35,415 bases of DNA from Chthoniobacteraceae bacterium (lineage in GTDB: Bacteria; Verrucomicrobiota; Verrucomicrobiia; Chthoniobacterales; Chthoniobacteraceae), in contig JBEBGD010000058.1 in the NCBI GenBank assembly GCA_040081625.1, positions 1 to 35,415 on the forward strand, in the 5' to 3' direction. Of this stretch, positions 1 to 9,584 are shown in pieces (within the stretch, counting starts at the first letter, position 1; each line of letters starts with the position of its first letter). The notes under the pieces were generated by a model. It saw nothing but the letters and a program-made list of their open reading frames with translations. It was not told where the DNA came from and did not search any database. Position numbers and translations under genes: made by a program.

Positions 1-1
1 C

Positions 2-346
2 CCGCCGAAAAAGACCAGCCGGCCTGCGACGGGGGGGATGCCTGCGAGCGGCGACCGCGGAGGCGACGCCGGCTTTACCCCCGCCGTCTGCACCTACCGC
101 GCGAATCCCGATTTTCCCGCCACCGCCCGGCGCGAGCGCCGCGAAGGCGGGGTGGTGCTGCTCGTCTCGCTTGATGCGCGGGGCCGGGTGATGAACGTCA
201 GCATCGTCACCGGCAGCGGTCACGCCTCGCTCGACGCCGCGGCTCAAAGCGCCGCGCGCCGCTGCCGCTTCCGTCCGGCGATGCGCGGTGGAGTGCCCGT
301 TTCGACCGAAGTGCGCGTGCCTTACACGTTCCGCCTCGGTCGATGA
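2..346 (+). CDS. TonB C-terminal domain (energy transducer) protein, 5'-truncated by window edge
   Basis: Frame is open from position 2 (PPKKTSRP...). Contains PDFPATARRERREGGVVLLVSLDARGRV...GSGHASLDAAAQSAARRCRFRPAMRGGVPVSTEVRVPYTF, a typical TonB_C pattern. Stop overlaps the glf start (ATGA, 343-346). Confidence 0.85.
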   Translation, partial: PPKKTSRPATGGMPASGDRGGDAGFTPAVCTYRANPDFPATARRERREGGVVLLVSLDARGRVMNVSIVTGSGHASLDAAAQSAARRCRFRPAMRGGVPVSTEVRVPYTFRLGR

Positions 347-1455
347 CTTGGGATTACTTGATCGTCGGCGCCGGCTTTGCGGGCGCGGTGCTCGCCGAGC
401 GGCTCGCCAGCCAGCTCGGCGCGACGTGCCTTGTCATCGACCGGCGCGATCATCTCGCGGGGAATGCGTTCGATTCCACCGATGCCGCGGGCGTGCGGCT
501 GCATCGCTACGGCCCGCACTACTTCCGCACGAACTCCCAGCGCGTCGTCGATTACCTCAGCACGTTCACCGAGTGGCATCCGGTGGAATACAAGATCCTG
601 AGCTGGACGCACGGGAGCTACTGGCAGTTTCCGATCAACCTGAACACGTTCGAGCAACTGCTCGGGCGCGCGAGCACGACCGAGGAAATGGAAGCGACGC
701 TCGCGCAGTGGCGCGTGCCGATCGCCGAGCCGCGCAACTCCGAGGAACTGATCCTCAGCCAGGCCGGCGAGCGGCTCTACGAGATGTTCTTTCGCGGCTA
801 CACGCGCAAGCAATGGCAGCGCGAGCCGCGCGAACTCGACGCTAGCGTGTGCGGGCGCATCCCGATCCGCACGAATCGCGACGACCGTTTTCTCAGCGAG
901 AAATTCCAGGCGCTGCCGCTGCACGGCTACGCGGCGATGTTCGAGAAGATGCTCGCGCACCCGAAGATCGAGGTGCGGCTGCGCGCGGATTTCCGCGAAG
1001 TGCGCGCGCAGGTCAGCTACCGGCACCTCATCTACACGGGGCCGATCGACGAATACTTCGACCACAGCCTCGGCCCGCTGCCGTATCGCTCGCTGCGCTT
1101 CGAGCCGGAGACGATTGAGCGCGAGTTTTTCCAGCCGGCGGTGCAGGTGAATTACCCGAACGACCACGACTTCACGCGCATCGTCGAGATCAAGCACGTG
1201 ACCGGGCAGGTGCTGCCGGTGACGACGATCGTGCGCGAATACCCGCTCGCGTATCAGCCCGGCGGCGAGCCCTTCTACCCGATCCCCGCGCCGGATGCGC
1301 GCGCCCTTTACCAGCGCTACGCCGAGCGCGCGGCAGCGGAAAAGGGCGTGAGCTTCGTCGGCCGCCTCGCGACCTACCGCTACTACAACATGGACCAGGT
1401 CGTCGCCTCCGCGCTGACCGAGTTCGAGCGCTTGCGCGCGGGCCGTCCTGCTTGA
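343..1455 (+). CDS. glf: UDP-galactopyranose mutase
   Basis: FAD-binding DYLIVGAGFAG, HLAGNAFD, HRYGPHYFRT, YTRKQW, IYTGPIDEYF, LPYRSLRF, VNYP, GRLATYRYYNMDQVV; 370 aa. Confidence 0.96.
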   Translation: MTWDYLIVGAGFAGAVLAERLASQLGATCLVIDRRDHLAGNAFDSTDAAGVRLHRYGPHYFRTNSQRVVDYLSTFTEWHPVEYKILSWTHGSYWQFPINLNTFEQLLGRASTTEEMEATLAQWRVPIAEPRNSEELILSQAGERLYEMFFRGYTRKQWQREPRELDASVCGRIPIRTNRDDRFLSEKFQALPLHGYAAMFEKMLAHPKIEVRLRADFREVRAQVSYRHLIYTGPIDEYFDHSLGPLPYRSLRFEPETIEREFFQPAVQVNYPNDHDFTRIVEIKHVTGQVLPVTTIVREYPLAYQPGGEPFYPIPAPDARALYQRYAERAAAEKGVSFVGRLATYRYYNMDQVVASALTEFERLRAGRPA

Positions 1456-2654
1456 ACACTCCGCGCCCCGTGCCCGCCGACCTCGACCTCTCCATCGTCA
1501 TGCCCTGTCTCAACGAAGCTGAGACGATCGTCGCGTGCGTGGAGATGGCGCAGCGCGGGCTCGCCGCCGCAGGTGTGAGCGGTGAAGTGCTCATCGCCGA
1601 CAATGGCTCGACCGACGGATCGATCGAGCTTGCGGAAAAAAACGGCGCACGCGTCGTGCGCGTCGCCGCGAAAGGCTACGGCAACGCGCTGCGCGGCGGC
1701 ATCGAAGCCGCGCGCGGGCGCTGGATTCTCATGGGCGATGCCGACGCGAGCTACGACTTCGGCGAGGCGCCGCGCTTTGTCGGCAAGCTGCGCGAAGGCT
1801 GCGATCTCGTGATGGGCTGCCGGCTGCCGAAAGGCGGCGGCACGATCATGCCCGGCGCGATGCCGTGGAAAAATCGCTGGCTCGGCAACCCGGTGCTCAG
1901 CTTTCTCGGCCGCCTGTTTTTCCGCACGCCGATCCGCGATTTCCACTGCGGCCTGCGCGCACTCACGAGCGACGCCTACGCGCGCATGGAGCTGAAGACG
2001 ACGGGCATGGAGTTCGCGAGCGAGATGGTGATGAAGGCGTCGCTCTTCGGCATGAAGCTGGCCGAGGTGCCGATCACGCTGCATCCCGACGGACGCTCGC
2101 GCCCGCCGCATCTGCGCCCGTGGCGCGACGGCTGGCGGCACCTGCGCTTCATGCTCATCTACTCGCCACGCTGGCTCTTCCTCGTGCCCGGTCTCGTGCT
2201 CGCCGCGCTCGGCGGCGGCGCGGGCGCGATCCTCGGCGCGGGTCCGCTCACCGTCGGCGCCGTTCGGCTGGAAGTTGGCACGCTGATCATCGCCGCGATG
2301 AGCCTCATCATCGGCGTGCAGTTCGTCGCGTTCGCATTCTTCTCGAAGGTCTTCGCGATCGGCGAGGGCCTGCTCCCGGAGGATCCGAAGTTCTCGCGCC
2401 TGTTCAGATTCTTCGCGCTCGAGAAAGGCGTGGTCGCCGGCGCCGCCACGCTGCTCGCCGGTGTCGCCACGCTCGCGTGGGCCGTGTCGCGATGGGCGCA
2501 GGCCGGCTTCGGCCCGCTCGATTACGAGTCGAACCTCCGCAGCCTCGTCGTCGCTTCCACGCTCGTCGTCGTCGGCCTGCAAATCGCCTCCGCGAGTTTT
2601 TTCCTCGGCGTGCTCGACTTGAAAACCACGTCGCGAAAGCCGCCGGCGGCGTGA
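1452..2654 (+). CDS. GT2 glycosyltransferase, DPM1/GtrB-like polyprenol-phosphate glycosyltransferase with C-terminal transmembrane helices
   Basis: LSIVMPCLNE, IADNGSTDGS, KGYGNAL, MGDADASYD, DFHCGLRA, GMEFASEM, WRDGWRHL, then about 4 hydrophobic helices. TTG start overlaps the glf stop (TTGA). Confidence 0.9.
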   Translation: MNTPRPVPADLDLSIVMPCLNEAETIVACVEMAQRGLAAAGVSGEVLIADNGSTDGSIELAEKNGARVVRVAAKGYGNALRGGIEAARGRWILMGDADASYDFGEAPRFVGKLREGCDLVMGCRLPKGGGTIMPGAMPWKNRWLGNPVLSFLGRLFFRTPIRDFHCGLRALTSDAYARMELKTTGMEFASEMVMKASLFGMKLAEVPITLHPDGRSRPPHLRPWRDGWRHLRFMLIYSPRWLFLVPGLVLAALGGGAGAILGAGPLTVGAVRLEVGTLIIAAMSLIIGVQFVAFAFFSKVFAIGEGLLPEDPKFSRLFRFFALEKGVVAGAATLLAGVATLAWAVSRWAQAGFGPLDYESNLRSLVVASTLVVVGLQIASASFFLGVLDLKTTSRKPPAA

Positions 2655-2658
2655 GCCG

Positions 2659-4467
2659 ATGAGCATCGCCTTCACCCGCGCATGGGTGCTCCTCTCCGCT
2701 CTGCTCATCGCAGCGGGGTGGATCCTCTCCGCCCTGCACGCGCTCGATCGCACCGGCTACGCCATCGCGCTCGCGGTGATCGCGCTCGTGCTCGTCGCCA
2801 GCCGCGAGGGATCGCCGGGCCGCGCGCTCCGCTGGACGCGCTTTCGCCGCTGGCTGCCGCTGGGCTTCGCGCTCGTGAGTGTGCTCGCGGCGCTCGGCGG
2901 ATTGCTGCATGCGCCAAACAATTTCGACGCCCTCGCCTACCGCATTCCGCGCACCTTGCACTGGGTCGCGGAGGGCCACTGGCACTGGATCGACACGAAC
3001 TACGCGCGCCTCAACGTCCGCAGCCAGGGCACCGAGTGGATGATGGCGCCGCTGCTCCTTTTCACCCGCACCGACCGCGCAGTTTGGCTGCTCAACTTTC
3101 TGCCGTTTCTCGCGCTGCCCGGGCTGATCTTCAGCGTCTTCAAGCGCGCGGGCATCTCGCCGCGCGTCGCCTGGCACTGGATGTGGCTGCTGCCCTGCGG
3201 CTACGGAGTCGCGGGGCAGGCCGGCGGCTCGGCGAATGATCTGCCCGGCGTTTTCTTCGCACTCGCGGCCGTCCACTTCGGGTTGAAGGCGCGCGAAACT
3301 GGCGACGTGCGCGAACTCTGGTTCTCCGCGCTCGCCGCCGCCGTGCTCTCGGCCACGAAGCTCAGCAACACGCCGCTCTGCCTCGTCTGGCTCGTCGCCG
3401 CGTGGCCTGCACTGCGCCTCGTCCGCGCGAGACCGCTCGCGAGCGCTGCGGTGGCCGTGCTCGTCGCGCTCGCGTCGTTTCTCCCCGGCGTGATCCTCAA
3501 CGCGAAACACTGCGGCGACTGGACCGGCGCCACCGCGGAACTGCCGCAGACGAAGGTGCCGCGCCCCGCCGGTCTCGTCTTCGCCACGAATACGATCAGC
3601 CTCATCGGGGTGAATTTCGCGCCGCCGATTCTCCCGTGGGCAGCACGCTGGAACTCGTGGGCCGCCGAGCGATTACCCGGGCCATTTCTCGCCGCCATCC
3701 ACACCGTCTATGGCCCGCACTTCGCGCCGACCGATCTTCCGGAGATCCACGGCGAAGACTGGGCCGGCCTCGGCTGCGGGCTGAGCGTGCTGCTCGCCGC
3801 GTCGGCGGTTCTCGGGCGCCGCCGCCGCCCGACCGCCGGACCGCGCTGGCTGCGCGTCGCGCCGTGGGCGGCGCTCGGCGTGATGCTGTGGATGATGCCC
3901 GTGACTTCGATCCCTCGCATGGCGCTGCCCTACTACCCGCTGCTCGCGCTCGCCGCGATGTCGCACCGGCGGGAATTGCTGCGGCGATTGTGGTGGCGCG
4001 CGCTCGCCGCGGTTGCCGTGCTGACCTGCGCGGCGGAGTTGATCATCACGCCCTCGCGTCCGCTGTGGCCTGCGTCGGGTGTGCTCGCGCGGGTGAAAAC
4101 GACGTCGCCCGCAATCGATCGCGCGCTCACCGTTTACACCACCTACGCGCACCGCGCCGACGCGCTCGCGCCGGTGCGCGATCTTCTGCCGGGCGGCGTG
4201 ACGAAGTTCGGGCTCGTGACGCACAACGACCTCGAGACCTCGCTCTGGCGTCCGTTCGGAGGCCGCGATTTCGCACACGTCATCCCGGGGACGAAACGGA
4301 ACGTCATCGCCGGGCGCGGGCTCGATCATCTCGTCGTCAACGCGAGCTACGCCGGCGGCGGGTGGCTCGCCGAACTTGGCGCCGAAACCATCGGCGAAGT
4401 GCAGGTGCGCACGCTCGCCTCCGGCGGAATGGAGCGCTGGCTAGTCGTGAGGTTGCGATCGGAATGA
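2659..4467 (+). CDS. Polytopic membrane protein, probable GT-C-fold glycosyltransferase
   Basis: 602 aa with more than 10 hydrophobic segments. The first large loop has PNNFDALAYRIPR (D-x3-Y), followed by SANDL and ATKLSN motifs, as in ArnT/PMT-like proteins. Confidence 0.6.
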   Translation: MSIAFTRAWVLLSALLIAAGWILSALHALDRTGYAIALAVIALVLVASREGSPGRALRWTRFRRWLPLGFALVSVLAALGGLLHAPNNFDALAYRIPRTLHWVAEGHWHWIDTNYARLNVRSQGTEWMMAPLLLFTRTDRAVWLLNFLPFLALPGLIFSVFKRAGISPRVAWHWMWLLPCGYGVAGQAGGSANDLPGVFFALAAVHFGLKARETGDVRELWFSALAAAVLSATKLSNTPLCLVWLVAAWPALRLVRARPLASAAVAVLVALASFLPGVILNAKHCGDWTGATAELPQTKVPRPAGLVFATNTISLIGVNFAPPILPWAARWNSWAAERLPGPFLAAIHTVYGPHFAPTDLPEIHGEDWAGLGCGLSVLLAASAVLGRRRRPTAGPRWLRVAPWAALGVMLWMMPVTSIPRMALPYYPLLALAAMSHRRELLRRLWWRALAAVAVLTCAAELIITPSRPLWPASGVLARVKTTSPAIDRALTVYTTYAHRADALAPVRDLLPGGVTKFGLVTHNDLETSLWRPFGGRDFAHVIPGTKRNVIAGRGLDHLVVNASYAGGGWLAELGAETIGEVQVRTLASGGMERWLVVRLRSE

Positions 4468-6596
4468 AAGCCACGTTCATCTTCCTCGCCCTTGCTGGTG
4501 CGATGTGCGCGGCGATGTTCGGCGACGCGCTGCGCGGCCGTTCGCTGCTCGCGCCCGTGGACATCGCGCCGGCGCTGTGGCCGCAGTATCGCTTCGTCGA
4601 TCCAGCCTCGAATGGGATTCCTCAGAACCACTTCGTCGTGGACCAACTCGGCTACGATCTGCCGCTGCAATGGACGCTCTGGCACGCGTGGCGGCGCGGC
4701 GAAGTGCCGTGGTGGGATCCCTTCACCTACGGTGGCCGGCCGCTGCTCGCCGATGCGCACGTGAGCGCGACGGACCCGGTCCGCATCGTGTGCTACCTCG
4801 CGTTCGGGCGCTTCGAGCTCGCCTACAATTGGACGCTGCTCGCGCACTCGATCGGGATGGGGCTGGGCGTGTTCTTCCTGCTGCGGCGTCTCGGCGTGAG
4901 CGCGCAGATCGGCGCGATCACGGGTTTGCTCGCGATGTTCGCGGGCAGCTCCGGGATTTTTTTCAGCCATCCGTGGATTCCCGCGTCGTTCCTTTTCTAC
5001 CCGTGGCTGTGGCTCGCGTGGCATTCGCTGTGGGAGAAACCGGGCGGCGTCGCGCGACTCGCCGCGCCATTGCTCGCGGCGGGCGCGCTCTACGCGGGCA
5101 ATCTCCAGTCGCACTCCTACCTTGTGCTTTTCGCGGTGGCATTCTGTGCGGGCTACGCGGGGAGGAATCGCGAATCCTGGTGGCGCGCGGTGCGCGTCGT
5201 CGTGCCGACGGGCGCGCTCGCGGCGCTCCTCGCCGCGCCCGTGCTGTGGCCGCAGATCGAGCTGTTCGCGCGCAATCTTCGCCCGCTCCAGTCGGCCGCG
5301 CCGGACTACCGCTTCTTCGACGGGCCGCTCGTTTTCAGCGCGCTGTGGCCGTGGAGCACGGGCACGTTCCGTTCGCTCACGCGCTCGATCATCGGCTTTC
5401 ATGTCTTCATCGGCACGGCGGGGTTTCTCCTCGCGCTGCTCGGCGCGCACCAGCCGGGCCGGGCGCTGATCGCGCGCCGCTGCGCGATCGTGCTCGTGCT
5501 CGGCTTTGTCGCGATCATGACGCTCCCGCCATTGGCGCGGATCTTCTACGCGCGGGCCGCGGGCCTGGCGACGCTCGGCGCCCTCGTGCTCGCGGCGCTC
5601 GGCGCGGAGTGGCTGCGCGGGTGCGCGGTGCCGCGCCCCCGGCTCGCGCGGGCGACTCTCGCGCTGGCGCTGCTGTTCGTCGCCGGCACCGGCGCGGTGG
5701 TGTGGATCATTTATCCGAAGCTCAAGCCGGCGTTGCTCGCGAAGATGGAAGCGCACGCACTGGCCGACGGCACCGACGGCCGTTCGCTGACGCTGCGCCG
5801 GTTCCAGGTGGAGAATTATCCTCGCGAGGTCTCCTTCACGAATCCCGAGGTGCTCGCCGCGTGGCTGACTCTGCCCGCGCTCGCGATCCTCGCGCTCGTG
5901 CCGCGCTGGCGGCGCGTCGGCGTGCCGGCGCTGCTCGTGCTGAATCTCATCGCGCCGGTGCTCTTCGCGCGGCGATTCATCCCGCGCGCGCCGATCGAGC
6001 AGTGGCAGCGCCTTCTCGCCGGCGGACCGCTCCAGCAGGAAGCCCGCGCGCTGGTCGAGGCGCGGCGGTTGCGCCTTCACGACGAATCGAGCACGGCGTT
6101 CACGACGGTCTTCCCACAGAACCTCGCGCACCTCTACGGCGTGCATGGCGTGTATGGATACGCCGCGCTCGTGCCGCCGAATCTCGCGTGGTCGAACGCC
6201 GGGCGCACCGGCGCGGATTACGTTTTCACCGACGGGAAATTCGAGCAACTGCGGACGGAGGGCGACGCCCGCTTCTCGTGGATCGGAGAACCACGTCGGA
6301 AGATCACGCTCGTCGCGGAGTCGCTGAACGCCGTCACGCTCGACGTCGCCGCGGGCTCGGCGGGTTGGTTGCTCCGCACGGACACCCGCTACCCGGGTTG
6401 GCGCGCATTTGCCGCCGATGGAGCGCCGCTTTCCATCGCGAGCGAAGGCGAGGTCTTCACCCGCATCCAGGTCCCGTCCGGGCCGACGCGGGTCGTGCTG
6501 CGGTATCGCCCGACGGGACTGACGGGCGCGCTGGCGCTGGCGGCGCTCGGCCTGTGCGGCGCGGGCGTGTGGGCCGCGCGGCGGCGGGAGACATGA
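4464..6596 (+). CDS. YfhO-like membrane protein (GT-C-type glycosyltransferase)
   Basis: True start is ATG 4464 (ATGA overlap with the upstream stop), MKATFIFL. N-terminal GEVPWWDPFTYGGRPLLAD and C-terminal TDTRYPGWRAF...VPSGPTRVVLRYRP are characteristic of YfhO-like proteins; 710 aa. Confidence 0.75.
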   Translation: MKATFIFLALAGAMCAAMFGDALRGRSLLAPVDIAPALWPQYRFVDPASNGIPQNHFVVDQLGYDLPLQWTLWHAWRRGEVPWWDPFTYGGRPLLADAHVSATDPVRIVCYLAFGRFELAYNWTLLAHSIGMGLGVFFLLRRLGVSAQIGAITGLLAMFAGSSGIFFSHPWIPASFLFYPWLWLAWHSLWEKPGGVARLAAPLLAAGALYAGNLQSHSYLVLFAVAFCAGYAGRNRESWWRAVRVVVPTGALAALLAAPVLWPQIELFARNLRPLQSAAPDYRFFDGPLVFSALWPWSTGTFRSLTRSIIGFHVFIGTAGFLLALLGAHQPGRALIARRCAIVLVLGFVAIMTLPPLARIFYARAAGLATLGALVLAALGAEWLRGCAVPRPRLARATLALALLFVAGTGAVVWIIYPKLKPALLAKMEAHALADGTDGRSLTLRRFQVENYPREVSFTNPEVLAAWLTLPALAILALVPRWRRVGVPALLVLNLIAPVLFARRFIPRAPIEQWQRLLAGGPLQQEARALVEARRLRLHDESSTAFTTVFPQNLAHLYGVHGVYGYAALVPPNLAWSNAGRTGADYVFTDGKFEQLRTEGDARFSWIGEPRRKITLVAESLNAVTLDVAAGSAGWLLRTDTRYPGWRAFAADGAPLSIASEGEVFTRIQVPSGPTRVVLRYRPTGLTGALALAALGLCGAGVWAARRRET

Positions 6597-6609
6597 TGCA
6601 AAGAGCCGC

Positions 6610-6637
6610 TTGTGACGGCGCAATCGGCTTCTATAGT
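6610..6637 (+). promoter_or_regulatory. Putative sigma70 promoter (TTGTGA-N16-TATAGT)
   Basis: Near-consensus -10 TATAGT at 6632-6637 in the 58-bp gap before GTG 6655; AT-rich relative to its surroundings. Confidence 0.5.
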
Positions 6638-6654
6638 CCGCGCCCTTCGCCCTC

Positions 6655-8238
6655 GTGAAACTCGAACGCCTCCAGGAATACGTGCTGCCTGTCGTGGTCA
6701 CGCTGCTCGGCATGGGCTTCGCGGTTTATACCGGCTCGCTCATGGGCCAGGGCCGCTTCTCGACTGTCGCGTTGTTGCTTGGGTTGCTGTTCATGGGCTT
6801 CCTGACGCTGATCATGCGCCAATACATCTGGCTGCTGATCATCGTCGCGTGGCCGTGGCCGGGCTCGATCCCGGTGCTGCCGGTTCCCTTCGCGGTGCGC
6901 GACCTCGGGGTGATGGCTGCTGCCGTGTCCTTTCTCGCGCTGATGGCGCTGAAGATCGCACGACGACGGCCCGGCTACGGCATCGTGGATGTGTCGCTCG
7001 CGGTGCTGCTCATTTACATGCTGACCGTGTTGATCCGAAATCCGGTCGGCTTCCTGAGCACGAATTCCTTCCGCGTCGGCGGCCGTCCGTATTTCAACAT
7101 CGCCATCGCCTGCGCCGCATACTTCGTCCTCTCGCGTGCTTCGATCCCGGTCCGCAGCGGGGCGAAGTTGATCATCTTCACCATCCTCGCGAGCAACTAC
7201 GTCGTCGCGACGCTCAACATCATCGCCGACCTCTCGCCACGCGCCGCGCGCGTGCTCGTGGGCTTCTACACCGGCCTCGCGGTGGACATGGATGTCGATG
7301 GTGGCCCGCCGAGGCTCGCGCCTGGCGAGGCGGTCGAGCGCTTGTCTTACCTCGGCAATATCGGCATCCCGACGAGCATGGCGCTCGCGTCGTTTTACCG
7401 GCCCCTGACGCTGGTCAACCCGCTCTACCTCACCCGGTTTCTGGCGCTCGCCCTATGCGCCGTTTGCGTGATGCTTTCGGGCTTTCGCAGCAGCGTGCTC
7501 GCCGTCGCGGCGTTCATCTTGATCGCGACCTACCTGCGCTCCGGGTGGACGGAAATCGTGCGCCTGCTGGTGGTGTGCTTCTTTGGGCTGATCCTCGCCG
7601 TCGCCGGCCAGGGCCAGCTCTACGATCTCCCGCTCTCGGTCCAGCGCTCGCTCTCCTTTCTCCCGGGCAAGTGGAGCCCTGTCGCCAAGGCCTCGGCGGA
7701 CGAATCGACCGAGTGGCGACTGACGATGTGGAAGCAGATGCTCAGCTCGAACAAATACATCCAGAGCCGGCTGTTCGGCGACGGATTCGGCGTGACCAAG
7801 CGCGACATGGCCATCATCGCCATGCTCAGTTCCCGGCCCGGCGATTCGCAGGAGACCATCATGATCCTCGGCACCGTGCATAGCGGTCCCATCTCGACCA
7901 TCCGGGTCGCCGGTTACGTCGGCCTGGTCCTGCACCTCGCGCTGCTCGCGCTGCTCGCGCGCAAGGCGTGGGAGTTGGTCCGCAAGAGCGCGAACACGCC
8001 GTTCCATCCGCTCGCATTCTTCTTTGGCCTGCCGCTCATCTACGAGCCATTCAACTACGTCTTCATCTTCGGCGGCTTCGACAGCTCCGTTCCCGCGGCC
8101 ATCTACGGGCTGGCGACTTTAAAGCTGCTCGAAAACTCCGTGGACGATTTCCGCGGCACCGGCGTGGAGGCTGAACCGGTGAGCCACCGCCGCATCGCCG
8201 ATCCCGAACGCATGCTGGCCGGCGCGCCGCGCGCCTAG
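6655..8238 (+). CDS. O-antigen ligase / Wzy polymerase family membrane protein
   Basis: About 12 hydrophobic helices. LSGFRSS, STEWRLTMWK, LFGDGFG and conserved His in VHSGPISTIRVAGYVG fit the Wzy_C/WaaL pattern. Confidence 0.8.
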   Translation: MKLERLQEYVLPVVVTLLGMGFAVYTGSLMGQGRFSTVALLLGLLFMGFLTLIMRQYIWLLIIVAWPWPGSIPVLPVPFAVRDLGVMAAAVSFLALMALKIARRRPGYGIVDVSLAVLLIYMLTVLIRNPVGFLSTNSFRVGGRPYFNIAIACAAYFVLSRASIPVRSGAKLIIFTILASNYVVATLNIIADLSPRAARVLVGFYTGLAVDMDVDGGPPRLAPGEAVERLSYLGNIGIPTSMALASFYRPLTLVNPLYLTRFLALALCAVCVMLSGFRSSVLAVAAFILIATYLRSGWTEIVRLLVVCFFGLILAVAGQGQLYDLPLSVQRSLSFLPGKWSPVAKASADESTEWRLTMWKQMLSSNKYIQSRLFGDGFGVTKRDMAIIAMLSSRPGDSQETIMILGTVHSGPISTIRVAGYVGLVLHLALLALLARKAWELVRKSANTPFHPLAFFFGLPLIYEPFNYVFIFGGFDSSVPAAIYGLATLKLLENSVDDFRGTGVEAEPVSHRRIADPERMLAGAPRA

Positions 8239-8245
8239 CCGCCGG

Positions 8246-9583
8246 ATGGCGCGTTTCCTTCGTCGCGTCCTGCTCGGCGTGTCCGGTGCGCTCGCGATTT
8301 TCACCGCGCTGCTCGTCGTGGGCAATGTCGCCGCCGGCGCGCCATTTCACACCGGCGCGCTCGTGTGGGCGACGCCGATCGCCGCCGCTCTGCTGGCGCT
8401 CGCGGCGTTCAAGCTCACGACGCGCCGGCAATTCCTGCTCGTCTTCCTGCTCGTCAACACGCTGCTGCTCGAACTGCTCCTCGAAGCCGCCGGCTGGCTC
8501 GGCGTCCTGCCCGGCATCACCGACAAGGATCGCTGCGCCTACGGCCGCGTCTATTGGACCGCCGAAGGCCGCGGCAACTCGATCCGCAATCGCTTCGGCT
8601 GGTATGCGCCCGCCTTCGACCTCGCTGCGCCGCACCGCATCGCCGTCATCGGCGACAGCCTCGTCGAAGCCGTCGAAGTTCATCGCACCCGCAACGCTGC
8701 CACGCGGCTCGGCGATTTGCTCCGCTCCCGGCCCGGCGGCTTCGCCGTGCTCGGCCTCGGCGCGCATGGCACCGCGCCCGCGCACTCGCTCGAGATCCTC
8801 GACTACGCCACGCGCCACTTCACGCCGCGCGAGGCGATCTTCGTCCTCTCGATCGGCAGCGACATCCGGGAAAGTTCGCGCGCGCTGAACGGCCTCCCGC
8901 CCGACGCCTTCATCTACTTCGGCCTCGACGCGAGCGGACGCGCCGTTCCCGATCCCGCGAGCACCACCGCGCGCGAGAACTTCATGCGCAGCATCGAGCT
9001 CCCGCACTCGAACCCGCTCGTGCAGGTGCCCTTCATCCTGCGCACGCACTGCATGCTCCTCCAGACCGCGCGCTCCATGCGCGACGCCGTGTCGCTCCGC
9101 CGCCGTCTCGCAGCGCGCCCCGATCCCGGCATCGTCGGCGACATCGAGCGCGACGACTTTTTCCGCAACGGCTTCGACCCGACGCCGTTTGCGATCCCGC
9201 CATCGCCCGAGTCGCAGCGGGCGCTCGCCGTGATGCTCGCCGAGCTGCGTCTCGCAAAGGAAACGTGCGACGCGCGCGGCGTCGTCTTCCGGATCGTCAC
9301 CGTCCCGCACTTCCCCACCGCCTTCTATCGCACGCAGACCGGCGCCGCCTGGACCGCGCAAGTCGGCGCCTACGACTACCTGCGACCCGAGCGCGACGTC
9401 GCCGCCTTCGCGGCAGCGGAAAGTATCCCCTGCCTCGCGCTCGGCACCGTCATGTCCGCGGAGAAAATGAGCGTGGACGACATCCGCGCGTTCTACCTGC
9501 TCGACGGCGTCGGCCATCTCAGCGAGCGCGGCCACGAATTCGTCGCCGCGCAGATCGCGCGCGCCTTTTACCCCACACCGTAG
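8246..9583 (+). CDS. Membrane-anchored SGNH/GDSL-family protein (putative glycan acyltransferase/esterase)
   Basis: Three N-terminal hydrophobic helices; RNRFGW, block I VIGDSLVEA, block II GLGAHGTA, block III IGSDI, block V DGVGHLSERGH. Confidence 0.75.
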   Translation: MARFLRRVLLGVSGALAIFTALLVVGNVAAGAPFHTGALVWATPIAAALLALAAFKLTTRRQFLLVFLLVNTLLLELLLEAAGWLGVLPGITDKDRCAYGRVYWTAEGRGNSIRNRFGWYAPAFDLAAPHRIAVIGDSLVEAVEVHRTRNAATRLGDLLRSRPGGFAVLGLGAHGTAPAHSLEILDYATRHFTPREAIFVLSIGSDIRESSRALNGLPPDAFIYFGLDASGRAVPDPASTTARENFMRSIELPHSNPLVQVPFILRTHCMLLQTARSMRDAVSLRRRLAARPDPGIVGDIERDDFFRNGFDPTPFAIPPSPESQRALAVMLAELRLAKETCDARGVVFRIVTVPHFPTAFYRTQTGAAWTAQVGAYDYLRPERDVAAFAAAESIPCLALGTVMSAEKMSVDDIRAFYLLDGVGHLSERGHEFVAAQIARAFYPTP

Positions 9584-9584
9584 G

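Noticed and set aside
3402..4463. N-terminal 354 aa of the 1064-aa ORF
   Set aside because: Arg-rich off-frame translation overlapping the 2659-4467 gene; the real start is ATG 4464 with an ATGA overlap.
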